Below, one piece after another: positions 25,500 to 37,372 of a stretch of 64,000 bases of DNA (position 1 is its first letter; the number at the start of each line of letters is the position of its first letter). The notes under the pieces were generated by a model. The model saw only the letters and a list, made by a program, of their open reading frames with translations, was not told the DNA's origin and made no database searches. A program made the position numbers and the translations under genes. This stretch comes from the human T2T-CHM13v2.0 reference genome, Homo sapiens, in assembly GCF_009914755.1 (NCBI RefSeq), contig NC_060935.1; one strand, given 5' to 3'.

Positions 25500-28239
25500 C
25501 TTATATCCCCCCACCTTAACCCACAAGTATAAGATACCTCTACTCCCTCCTTGGTGACCGATCATGCACCCCTTACCATCTCATTAAAACCTAATCACCC
25601 TTACCCTGCTCAATGTCAAGATCCCATCCCACAGCACACTTTAAAAGGATTAAAGCCTGTTATCACTCGCCTGCTACAGCATGGCCTTTTAAAGCCTATA
25701 AACTCTCCTTACCATTCCCCCATTTTACCTGTCCTAAAACCAGACAAGGCTTACAGGTTAGTTCAGGATCTGTGCCTTATCAACCAAATTGTTTTGCCTA
25801 TCCACCCCATGGTGCCAAACCCATATACTCTCCTATCCTCAATACCTCCCTCTACTACCCATTATTCTGTTCTGCATCTCAAACATGCTTTCTTTACTAT
25901 TCCTTTGCACCCTTCATCCCAGCCTCTCTTTGCCTTCATTTAGACTGACCCTGACACCCATTAGGCTCAGCAAATTACCTGGGCTGTACTGCCGCAAGGC
26001 TTCACAGACAGCCCCCATTACTTCAGTCAAGCCCATATTTCATCCCCATCTGTTACCTATCTCGGCATAATTCTCATAAAAACACACGTGCTCTCCCTGC
26101 TGATCGTGTCCAATTAATCTCCCAAACCTCAATCCCTTACAAAAGAACAACTCCTTTCCTTCCTAGGCATGGTTAGTGTGGTCAGAATTCTTACACAAGA
26201 GCCAGGACCACACCGTGTAGTCTTTCTGTCCAAACAACTTGACCTTACTGTTTTAGCCTAGCCCTCATGTCTGCGTGCAGCGGCTGCCGCTGCTTTAATA
26301 CTGTTAGAGGCCCTAAAAATCACAACCTATGCTCAACTCACTCTCTACATTTCTCATAACTTCCAAAATCTATTTTCTTCCTCATACCTGATGCATATAC
26401 TTTCTGTTCCCCAGCTCCTTCAGCTGTACTAACTCTTTAAGTCCCACAATTACCATTGTTCCTGGCCCGGACTTCAATCTGGCCTCCCACATTATTCCGG
26501 ATACCACACCTGACCCTCATGACTGCATCTCTCTGATCCACCTGACGTTCACCCCATTTCCCCACATTTCCTTCTTCCCTGTTTCTCACCCTGATCACAC
26601 TTGGTTTATTGATGGCAGTTCCACCAGGCCTAATCGCCATTCACCAGCAAAGGCAGGCTATGCTATAGTATCTTCCACATCTATCATTGAGGCTACCTCT
26701 CTGCCTCCCTCCACTACCTCTCAGCAAGCCAAACTAGTTGCCTTAACTCAAGCCCTCACTCTTGCAAAAGGACTACGTGTCAATATCTATACTGATTCTA
26801 AATATGCCTTTCATATTCTGCACCACCATGCAGTCATATGGGCTGAAAGAGGTTTCCTCACTACACAAGGGTCCTCCATCATTAATGCCTCTTTAATAAA
26901 AACTCTGCTCAAGGCTGCTTTACTTCCAAAAGAAGCTGGGGTCATTCACTGCAAGGGGCATCAAAAGGCGTCAGATCCCATTGCTCTAGGCAACGCTTAT
27001 GCTGATAAAGTAGCTAGACAAGCAGCTAGCTCTCCAACTTCTGTCCCTCACGGCCAGTTTTTCTCCACTTTAGTCACTCCCACCTACTCCCCCACTGAAA
27101 CTTCCACCTATCAATCTCTTCCCACACAAGGCAAATGGTTCTTAGACCAAGGAAAATATCTCCTTCCAGCCTTACAGGCCCATTCTATTCTGTTGTCATT
27201 TCATAACCTCTTCCATGTAGGTTACAAGCCACTAGCCCATCTCTTAGAACCTCTCATTTCCTTTCCATCATGGAAATCTATCCTCAAGGAGATCACTTCT
27301 CAGTGTTCCATCTGCTATTCTACTACTCCTCAGGGAGTGTTCAGGCCTCCTCCCTTCCCTGCACATCAAGCTCGAGGATTTGCCCCTGCCCAAGACTGGC
27401 AAATTGACTTTACTCACATGCCTCGAGTCAGAAAACTAAAATATCTCTTAGTCTGGGTAGACACTTTCACTGGATGGGTAGAGGCCTTCCCCACAGGGTC
27501 TGAGAAGGCCACCTTGGTCATTTCTTCCCTTCTGTCAGATATAATTCCTTGGTTTGGCCTTCCCACCTCTATACAGTCTGATAACGGACCAGCCTTTACT
27601 AGCCAAATCACCCAAGCAGTTTCTCAGGCTCTTGGTATTCAGTGGAAACTTCATATCCCTTACCATCCTCAATGTTCAGGAAAGGTGGAACGGACTAATG
27701 GTCTTTTAAAGGCACACCTCACCAAGCTCAGCCTCCAACTTAAAAAGGATTGGACAGTACTTTTACCTCTTGCTCTTCTCAGAATCAGAGCCTGTCCTCG
27801 AGATGCTACAGGGTACAGTCCATTTGAACTTTTATATGGATGCATTTTCTTGCTTGGCCCCAACCTCATCCCAGACACCAGCCCTCTAGGTGACTATCTT
27901 CCAGTCCTCCAGCAGGCTAGACAGGAAATTCGCCAGGCTGCTAATCTTCTCTTGCCTACTCCAGATCCCCAGCCATATGAAGACACCCTAGCTGGATGAT
28001 CAGTTCTTGTTAAGAATCTGACCCCTCAAACTCTACAACCTCGATGGACAGGACCCTACTTAGTCATCTATAGTACCCCGACTGCCGTCCGCCTGCAGGA
28101 TCCTCCCCACTGGGTTCACCATTCCAGAATAAAGCTGTGTCCATCGGACAGCCAGCCTAATCCCTCCTCTTCCTCCTGGAAGTCGCAAATACTCTCCCCT
28201 ACTTCCCTTAAACTCACTCGTATTTCTGAAGAACAGTAA
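25500..28239 (+). pseudogene. pol: HERV-H pol: defective RT; open RNaseH-integrase frame 26392-27999
   Basis: RT motifs SPYHSPILPVLKPDKAYRLVQDL, LKHAFF and LPQGFTDSP, with the YxDD region deleted near 26033. RNaseH DGSS/YTDS/HCKGH. IN HHCC and D,D-35-E. TGA at 27997, after which the WTGPY C-terminus continues in frame to taa 28237-28239. Confidence 0.92.
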
Positions 28240-28534
28240 TAACCCTTATGAGCCTAATACATCACTTCATTCTATTAGGTCTTTTCGTCCTTACCCTACT
28301 TTTTGCAACAGGGCTTTACGAAGCCACCCCCACCACTTAGGCCGAGCCCCAAAAAACTAGTCATCCCTACTGTCTTCTGTCCGGTCATACTCCTATTCTC
28401 CATTCTCAACTACTTATAAATGCCCTACTCCTGTTTACACCGCCGGTTTACACTGTTTCTTCAAGCCATCACAGCTGATATCTCTTGGTGCTATCCCCAA
28501 ACTGCCACTCTTAACTCCCTCTTAGAGTGGGTAG

Positions 28535-30285
28535 ATGATCTTTGCTGGCAAGGCACCCTCCAATACTTCCACCCTGATGAAGTTCTATTCTTTACTTTTA
28601 TACTCACTCTTATTCTCATTCCCATTCTTATGCCACCCTCTACCTCTCCCCAGCTATCTCCACCACACTATCAACCTTACCCATTCTCTCCTAGCCGCTT
28701 CTAATCCCTCCTTAGCGAACAACTGCTGGCTTTGCATTTCTCTTTCTTCCAGTGCCTACACAGCTGTCCCCGCCTTACAGACAGACTGGGCAACATCTCC
28801 CATCTCCCTACACCTCCGAACTTCCTTTAACAGCCCTCACCTTTACCTTCCTGAAGAACTCACTTACTTTCTAGACAGGTCCAGCAAGACTTCCCCAGAC
28901 GTTTCACATCAGCAAGCTGCTGCCCTCTTCGCACTTATTTAAAAAACCTTTCTCCTTATATTAACTCTACTCACCCCATATTTGGACCTCTCACAACACA
29001 AACTACTATTCCTGTGGCCACTCCTTTATGTGTCTCTCAGCAAAGACCCACTGGAATTCCCCTAGGTAATCTTTCACCTTCTGGATGTTCCTTTACTCTT
29101 CATCTCTGAAGTCCAACTACACACATCACTGAAATAATTGGAGCCTTCCAGCTCCATATTACAGACAAGCCCTCTATCAATACTGACAAACTTAAAAACA
29201 TTAACAGTAATTATTGCTTAGGAAGACACTTGCCCTGTATTTCGCTCCATCCTTGGCTACCTTCCCCTTGCTCATCAGACTCTCCTCCCAGGCCCTCTTC
29301 TTGTTTACTTATACTCAGCCCCGAAAATAACAGTGAAAGGTTGCTTGTAGATACTCAACGTTTTCTCATACACCATGAAAATCGAACCTCACCCTCTACG
29401 CAGTTACCCCATCATTCCCCATTACAATCTCTGACAGCTGCTGCCTTAGCTGGATCCCTAGGAGTCTGGGTAAAAGACACCCCTTTCAGCACTCCTTCTC
29501 ATCTTTTTACTTTACATCTCCAGTTTTGCCTTGCACAAGGTCTGTTCTTCCTCTGTGGATCCTCTACCTACATGTGTCTACCTGCTAATTGGACAGGCAC
29601 ATGCACACTAGTCTTCCTTACCCCCAAAATTCAATTTGCAAATGGGACCGAAGAGCTCCCTGTTCCCCTCATGACACCGACATGACAAAAAAGAGTTATT
29701 CCACTAATTCCCTTGCTGGTCGGTTTAGGACTTTCTGCCTCCACTATTGCTCTCGGTACTGGAATAGCAGGCATTTCAACCTCTGTCACGACCTTCTGTA
29801 GCCTCTCTAATGACTTCTCTGCTAGCATCACAGACATATCACAAACTTTATCAGTCCGCCAGGCCCAAGTTGACTCTTTAGCTGCAGTTGTCCTCCAAAA
29901 CCGCCGAGGCCTTGACTTACTTACTGCTGAAAAAGGAGGACTCTGCATATTCTTAAATGAAGAGTGTTGTTTTTACCTAAATCAATCTGGCCTGGTGTAT
30001 GACAACATAAAAAACTCAAGGATAGAGCCCAAAAACTTGACAACCAAGCAAGTAATTACACTGAACCCCCTTGGGCACTCTAATTGGATGTCCTGGGTCC
30101 TCCCAATTCTTAGTCCTTTAATACCCATTTTTCTCCTCCTTTTATTCGGACCTTGTATCTTCCGTTTAGCTTCTCAATTCATCCAAAACTGTATCCAGGC
30201 CATCACCAATCATTCTATACGACAAATGTTTCTTCTAACATCCCCACAATATCACCCCTTACCACAAGACCTCCCTTCAGCTTAA
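28535..30285 (+). pseudogene. env: HERV-H env, full length but disrupted
   Basis: Starts MIFAGKAPSNTSTLMKFYSLLL; SU CWLC; TM LQNRRGLDLLTAEKGGL immunosuppressive domain; CIFLNEECC; membrane anchor; ends PQDLPSA. Frameshift near 28928, stops near 29107 and at 29683. Confidence 0.93.
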
Positions 30286-30435
30286 TCTCTCCCACTCTAG
30301 ATTCCCACGCTGCCCCTAATCCTGCTTGAAGCAGCCCTGAGAAACATCGCCCATTCTCTCTCCATACCACCCCCCAAAAATTTTCGCCACTCCAACACTT
30401 CAACACTTATTTTGTTTTATTTGTCTTATTAATAT

Positions 30436-30448
30436 AAGAAGGCAGGAA
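30436..30448 (+). other. Polypurine tract
   Basis: aagaaggcaggaa directly before the 3' LTR tgtcagg. Confidence 0.85.
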
Positions 30449-30919
30449 TGTCAGGCCTCTGAGCCCAGGCCAGGCCATCACATCCCCTGTGACTTCCACG
30501 TATATATCCAGATGGCCTGAAGTAACTGAAGATCCACAAAAGAAGTAAAAACAGCCTTAACTGATGACATTCCACCATTGTGATTTGTTCCTGCCCCACC
30601 CTAACTGGTCAATGTACTTTGTAATCTCCCCCACCCTTAAGAAGGTACTTTGTAGTCTCCCCCACCCTTAAGAAGGTTCTTTGTAATTCTCCCCACCCTT
30701 GAGAATGTACTTTGTGAGATCCACCCCTGCCCACCAGAGAACAACCCCCTTTGACTGTAATTTTCCATTACCTTCCCAAATCCTATAAAACGGCCCCACC
30801 CCATCTCCCTTCGCTGACTCTCTTTTCGGACTCAGCCCGCCTGCACCCAGGTGAAATAAACAGCCATGTTGCTCACACAAAGCCTGTTTGGTGGTCCCTT
30901 CACACGGACACGCTTGAAA
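30449..30919 (+). promoter_or_regulatory. HERV-H 3' LTR (LTR7Y type) with polyA signal
   Basis: 471-bp direct repeat of 22535-23006; aataaa at 30855-30860. Confidence 0.93.
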
Positions 30920-31083
30920 GATGCAGCCCACTTTGGTGGGCTTTTCCTTTGTCCCAAATTTCCTTGTGGGCCGCTCAGCTGCCAGTGATGCTCCTCGCAT
31001 GGGTCAGGTGTCCTATCCTGTTAGAGTTGGGAAAACATCTCAATTCTTGCCTCACCATTGCCCTTTTATAACTGGGCTTATGA

Positions 31084-31398
<315 letters not shown>

Positions 31399-33333
31399 TA
31401 AACTAACCTTGTATTTCTAGGAAAGAGAATGTTTACAAACATTGGACTCACTTGGTTTGTGAGCCGAACAGCATAACCAAGGCTATAGAACAAGCCTCAT
31501 TTTCTAGGGCTCTGAAAAGCCCCTTTCTCTGCAGTTCACTCCTAGGAGCTGATTTAATTCCCTCTTACCTTGGTGATTCTGATACAAATTTGGAGATGAT
31601 GGCAAATTCATTTTCCTATGGTTTATTTATTTATTTTTGTTTTTAAAATCTCCAGTTTACAGTTGGAGAAACTGAGCCTCAGGGAGGTTATTTCACTCAA
31701 GGCCCAACATTTAATAAGTAAGAGTCAGAGATACAATCAAAGTAGCTGTCAGCTAAAGTGGACAGAATACAGATGGGTTTTGGACTTGGCAAAGTTCCTT
31801 ATTATTTTTGAGTTTCACTTTCACATCCAAAATGAGAATAATAGTTACTACAAGGATTGTTGTAAAGATTAGAAGTAATATATGTAAAGCACTGAGCTCA
31901 ATGCCTGGCTCTTGGTGGGTGGTCCATAACTGGTAGTGATTATAAATGGTCTGCCTGACTCCAAAAGCTTTGAGCTCTCCTTGAAATGACAATACCCTTG
32001 CTGCAGAAATGTAAAAAGAAAAAAAGAAAAAGAAAAGAAAGGAAGAAAAACCATCAAATCATCCATTCATCCATTGTTGCATTCCCCTGAAAACCAAAAT
32101 CATTAGTTATGTAGTGATTTTTCCCATTCCCCCATTTCATTCTTTCTTTCTATGAAGTATTTTCCTGATAGTTGTGATCACACTGTATATATAACTTGTT
32201 TAAGAATTTCCTTTCCACTTTTCGTCTCATGCTAGGATGAACTTTAATGTCTACTTTCCTACTACTGGGTTTTGTGGGAACAAACTGCCCTAGCAATTAG
32301 AAGCCTAGGTGGCAATGGCCCTTTGGGAGCCGTGGGCCTTGCCTGCATGGTGAGTAGGAGCTTGCTAAATGCTTCTTCATTTGTGAGTGACCTTGAACTG
32401 CTTTTTCAGAGCGGGAGCCACCCTTTGGCACATTGGTATCTTGACCTTCACCATGACTTTGTCCTCTTAGAGTTTGAGAGCAGACACTTCCTCCTCTGAG
32501 ACAGCTTTCCATTTTTCCTCCGTTTGTGCTTTTATCTCACTCTCATCATCAATGCCCCAGATTCTCTAATGATCAGCCTCTTGCTCGTTTGCTGCCTACA
32601 CAGTCTGACCCTTGACTAAGCTCTTTCAACACTGTACTTGCCACCACGTTGGGATCTTTTATCCCTCTACTCCTGGAGATCTCCACTGGACTCTGCTTCA
32701 GCTCTCAAATTGCTAAGCTTTACTGAAGCAAGTCTTGCAGTTGTGTGAACTGAGGCTGCTAACACATTCACACTAACTGTAGCTGGGCTCTTACCGTTGG
32801 GTAATACCATAGCCTATGTCTTGATAACTGCATGTAGCATTTTGCTCAGGCCACAGTTCCAAAACTGCTTCATTATCTTCAGCCTGCCCCGGGCAGGCCA
32901 ACAAGAGGATTCTTCCTTCTCTGGGAAGTGAAGGCAGGTGGGGCTGCTTCCTTATCTTTGCTTTTTTCTATCTCAAATTTTCTTTGTATCTTGAGCCTTC
33001 CTTTATTCTCTGAGAAGAGTTCTATCTGATTTCTAAAGTTCCTCTCATCTCTTACCTTCTCCATTAAAGTTGTCCTATTAATTGCTCATCTCTTGAGTAT
33101 ATGTTTAATGCATATATCTTGACTATTTTTTCCCATGTGTTCAAGTCTCTCTCATTCTAAAAACAAAATACAGAAGCAATAATAATAATATAACAAACTA
33201 TTCATGTAACTCTGCTTACTCCTCAAGTCATTTCTCTCTTCCTTCTATCGCCATAATGGCTGAATGACTAGGTCACGCCCATGCCTTCCTTTTATCCTGG
33301 CTTTTTCCTTTACACGCCAATGTAATTGCTTTC

Positions 33334-35389
33334 TTTTTTTTTTTTTTTTTTAATTTATTTTTTTATTGATAATTCTTGGGTGTTTCTCACAGAGGGGGAT
33401 TTGGCAGGGTCATGGGACAATAGTGGAGGGAAGGTCAGCAGATAAACAAGTGAACAAAGGTCTCTGGTTTTCCTAGGCAGAGGACCCTGCGGCCTTCCGC
33501 AGTGTTTGTGTCCCTGATTACTTGAGATTAGGGATTGGTGATGACTCTTAACGAGCATGCTGCCTTCAAGCATCTGTTTAACAAAGCACATCTTGCACCG
33601 CCCTTAATCCATTTAACCCTGAGTGGACACAGCACATGTTTCAGAGAGCACAGGGTTGGGGGTAAGGTCACAGATCAACAGGATCCCAAGGCAGAGGAAT
33701 TTTTCTTAGTGCAGAACAAAATGAAAAGTCTCCCATGTCTACTTCTTTCTACACAGACACGGCAACCATCCGATTTCTCAATCTTTTCCCCACCTTTCCC
33801 GCCTTTCTATTCCACAAAGCCGCCATTGTCATCCTGGCCCGTTCTCAATAAGCTGTTGGGCACACCTCCCAGACGGGGTGGTGGCCGGGCAGAGGGGCTC
33901 CTCACTTCCCAGTAGGGGCGGCCAGGCAGAGGCGCCCCTCACCTCCCGGACGGGGCGGCTGGCCGGGCAGGGGGGCTGACCCCCCCACCTCCCTCCTGGA
34001 GGGGGCGGCTGGCCGGGCGGGGGGCTGACCCCCCCACCTCCCTCCCGGACAGGGCGGCTGGCCGGGCAGAGGGGCTCCTCACTTCCCAGTAGGGGCGGCC
34101 GGGCAGAGGCGCCCCTCACCTCCCGGACGGGGCGGCTGGCCGGACGGGGGGGCTGACCCCCCCCACCTCCCTCCCGGACGGGGCGGCTGGCCGGGCAGGG
34201 GGCTGACACCCCCACCTCCCTCCCGGACGGGGCGGCTGGCCGGGCTGAGGGGCTCCTCACTTCCCAGTAGGGGCGGCCGGGCAGAGGCGCCCCTCACCTC
34301 CCGGACGGGGCGGCTGGCCGGGCGGGGGGCTGACCCCCCCCCACCTCCCTCCCGGACGGCACGGCTGGCCAGGCGGGGGGCTGACCCCCCACCTCCCTCC
34401 CGGATGGGGCGGCTGGCCGGGCGGGGGCCTGACCGCCCCCCACCTCCCTCCCGGACGGGGTGGCTGCTGGGCGGAGACGCTCCTCACTTCCCAGATGGGG
34501 TGGCTGCCGGGCGGAGGGGCTCCTCACTTCTCAGACGGGGTGGTTGCCAGGCAGAGGGTCTCCTCACTTCTCAGACGGGGCGGCCGGGCAGAGACGCTCC
34601 TCACCTCCCAGACGGGGTCTCGGCCGGGCAGAGGCGCTCCTCACATCCCAGATGGGGCGGCGGGGCAGAGGCGCTCCCCACATCTCAGACGATGGGCGGC
34701 CGGGCAGAGACGCTCCTCACTTCCTAGATGTGATGGCGGCTGGGAAGAGGCGCTCCTCACTTCCTAGATGGGATGGCGGCCGGGCGGAGACGCTCCTCAC
34801 TTTCCAGACTGGGCAGCCAGGCAGAGGGGCTCCTCACATCCCAAACGATGGGCGGCCAGGCAGAGAAACTCCTCACTTCCCAGACGGGGTGGCGGCCGGG
34901 CAGAGGCTGTAATCTCGGCACTTTGGGAGGCCAAGGCAGGCGGCTGGGAGGTGTAGGTTGTAGTGAGCTGAGATCACGCCACTGCACTCCAGCCTGGGCA
35001 CCATTGAGCACTGAGTGAACGAGACTCCGTCTGCAATCCCGGCACCTCGGGAGGCCGAGGTTGGCGGATCACTCGCGGTTAGGGGCTGGAGACTGGCCCG
35101 GCCAACACAGCGAAACCCCGTCTCCACCAAAACCAGTCAGGCGTGGCGGCGCGTGCCTGCAATCGCAGGCATTCGGCAGACTGAGGCAGGAGAATCAGGC
35201 AGGGAGGTTGCAGTGAGCCGAGATGGCAGCAGTACAGTCCAGCTTCGGCTCCGCATGAGAGGGAGACCGTGGGGAGAGGGAGAGGGAGAGGGAGAGGGAG
35301 AGGGAGAGGGAGAGGGAGAGGCAGAGGGAGAGGGAGAGGGAGAGGGAGAGGGAGAGGGAGAGGGAGAGGGAGAGGGAGAGGGAGAGGGC
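33334..35389 (-). mobile_element. Full-length SVA retrotransposon (SVA_F-like)
   Basis: On the + strand: poly-T, SINE-R (~33352-33860), GC-rich VNTR (~33860-34905), Alu-like domain (~34905-35265), (GGGAGA)n hexamer. TSD tgtaattgctttc(ttt) at 33321 and 35390; cttt/aaag L1-endonuclease-like site. Confidence 0.96.
35272..35388 (-). repeat. SVA (CCCTCT)n hexamer repeat
   Basis: About 19 gggaga units with one ggcaga variant. Confidence 0.95.
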
Positions 35390-36039
35390 TGTAATTGCTT
35401 TCTTTAAAGTTACTAAGGATCTCATTCTAGCTAAATCTTACAACCTTCTCTTTCTTCACCATCTTTATTCAATTCAACAGACATATATTGAGCTCCTTGC
35501 TCCCCTCTGGGCACCAAGCCCACAGAAAGACAGACTCAATCCCTGTCCTCCAGGAGATCACAGTCTCTGTAGTCAAAGAACAGGATTTGAAGGTCTTCCA
35601 TGGATTGGAGGATAAAATAATCAGGTGGTCATGTGGATCAGCTCTTCCCCTCTCTTCCTGATGCCCTGACTCTGTATTCTCCTCTTTCTTTTCTAATATC
35701 CTTAGACAAATCTTTTTCTGTATTCTTTACTGGCATCCTTTACTAATACCCCTTATTTTGTCCTGGAAATAGAAGCATTCACCAAGGTTCAGTCCTTGGC
35801 CCCTTTCTTTCATTGTACACCCCCTCTTTCAAGATTTGCCTTTAATTGTCACCTCTGTTTCTCTAGCCTTGATTCCCCTCCTGCCAATTTGCTCTCTCAT
35901 TTTGGATTGAAATTGTAGCTTGATAGATATCCAACTAAGATATTTCACATGCACCTCCCACTCACAATGTCCAAAACTGAGCTCATCTTTTCCTCACCTC
36001 TTAGGCATTTCCCCTCAGCACATGGACCTCCTCTGAGAA

Positions 36040-36500
36040 CTTTCTCCACCCCAGAGTGGGTGTGAACTACATAATCCTGCACCCTTGGCTGTAGCTGGCT
36101 AGATATGATCTCCTAAGGGTATGGAATAGTAGCAAGCACTAGTTCATTGTGGTTTAACTGGGAAGTGATACAAACTCAGAGGTGAAGCTGCCACTGTGGG
36201 ATGGCCATCTTCAATCATGGGCATGGCGATGCAGAGAAAGCTTGTTCATGAAAAGAAGCATGAATGCAGCAAATAGAGGTCAGGATGTGAGACTGTGAAA
36301 CTTGGGATAACAGCATCACCAAGGAGGGATGTGGTTCCTTCCTGGTTCTGCCAATTCCTGATTCTGGTCCCTTGTGAGGTTCAGCTATACTTTCTGCACT
36401 TAAGTTTTGGGAAATAATCCTATATTTTTATAATAAATTATTCCGTTCTACTTAAGTTAATGTAAGTGGGGCTTCAAATGAAAGCGCTTTAGGTATAACA
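36040..36500 (+). mobile_element. Old ERVL solo LTR (LTR16-like)
   Basis: tgcacccttggctgtagctggc...gaagctgcc..tggccatctt...aataaattattcc...cttaagttaatgtaagtggggcttc. Boundaries approximate. Confidence 0.45.
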
Positions 36501-36907
36501 CCCCCAAGCCCAGACATACCCTCTTCATTGCATTTCTATTTCCCTTAATAATAAGAATGCTCTTTTCTCAGTATTCACACTGAAAACTCCCATATTATCT
36601 TTGGCATTTTGCTTACCTCATTCCAACCTCTCCATTATATCCCATTATCTATCATGTCCAATGGAGTCTATTTTCCATATTGTTCTTGAGGAAAAAAAAC
36701 GCTCTTAAGTTTGTCACTTCTTTCCATTCTTCCCATCACCTCAGGCTCACTGGTTCTTACTGAGACAATTAAAGATTCCTTACTGATTTTCCTGCTTCTG
36801 GTTATTTTCTCCTCCAATCCATCAAAGATCTTCAAAGCTTGTTCATTATGCACTGAATTAATATCATATTTCTCACCTGAATTTTCATGTCTTCTTTGAC
36901 TATTTAC

Positions 36908-37318
36908 CCCTTGTGGTCTGAATGTGTCCCCCAAAATATGTGTTGAAGCTTAATGGCCAATGATATAGTAGTAAGAAGTGGGGCCTTTAAGAGGTGACTA
37001 AGTCATGAGGGTGGAATCCTCATGGCTAGAATTAGGGCCCTTGTAAAAGGACTTGAAGGAGTGGGTTTGATCTCTGCTGCTCTTCTGTCATGTGAGGGCA
37101 CAACCTTCCATCCCTTTTGTCCTTCCATTCCTCCCACGATGTGAGAAGACCACATTCAAGGCACCATCTTGGAAGGATAGTCTGGAGCTCTCAGCAGACA
37201 CTGAACCTGGTAGCACTTTGATCTTGGACCTCCCTCCAGAGCTGTGAGAAAATACACTTCTGTTCTCAATTACCCAGAATGAGGCATTTTGTTATAGTAG
37301 CACAAATGGACTGAGACA
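36908..37318 (+). mobile_element. MaLR solo LTR (MST/MLT1A-like)
   Basis: tggtctgaatgtgtcccccaaa...ggggcctttaagaggtga.taagtcatgagggtgga...caaggcaccatcttggaa...ttttgttatagtagcacaaatggactgagaca. Confidence 0.85.
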
Positions 37319-37372
37319 GTAACTAAGTATCTACCTTTGCATTCTTATCTTAGGCTTTCCATCCTTGGAGGC

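Larger units (their letters stand above)
22535..30919 (+). mobile_element. HERV-H endogenous retrovirus provirus (8385 bp, env-retaining)
   Basis: Two near-identical LTRs, tRNA-His PBS, gag zinc knuckles, pro, RT, RNaseH, IN, env and polypurine tract, all in canonical order. Confidence 0.98.

Noticed and set aside
25551-26100. Possible functional reverse transcriptase
   Set aside because: In-frame stops near 25941 and 25962, the first catalytic Asp is changed (LHLKHAFF) and the YxDD segment is deleted.
33535-35425. Many overlapping ORFs, including the poly-GE and poly-LS peptides
   Set aside because: Products of the GC-rich SVA VNTR, Alu-like region and hexamer repeat.
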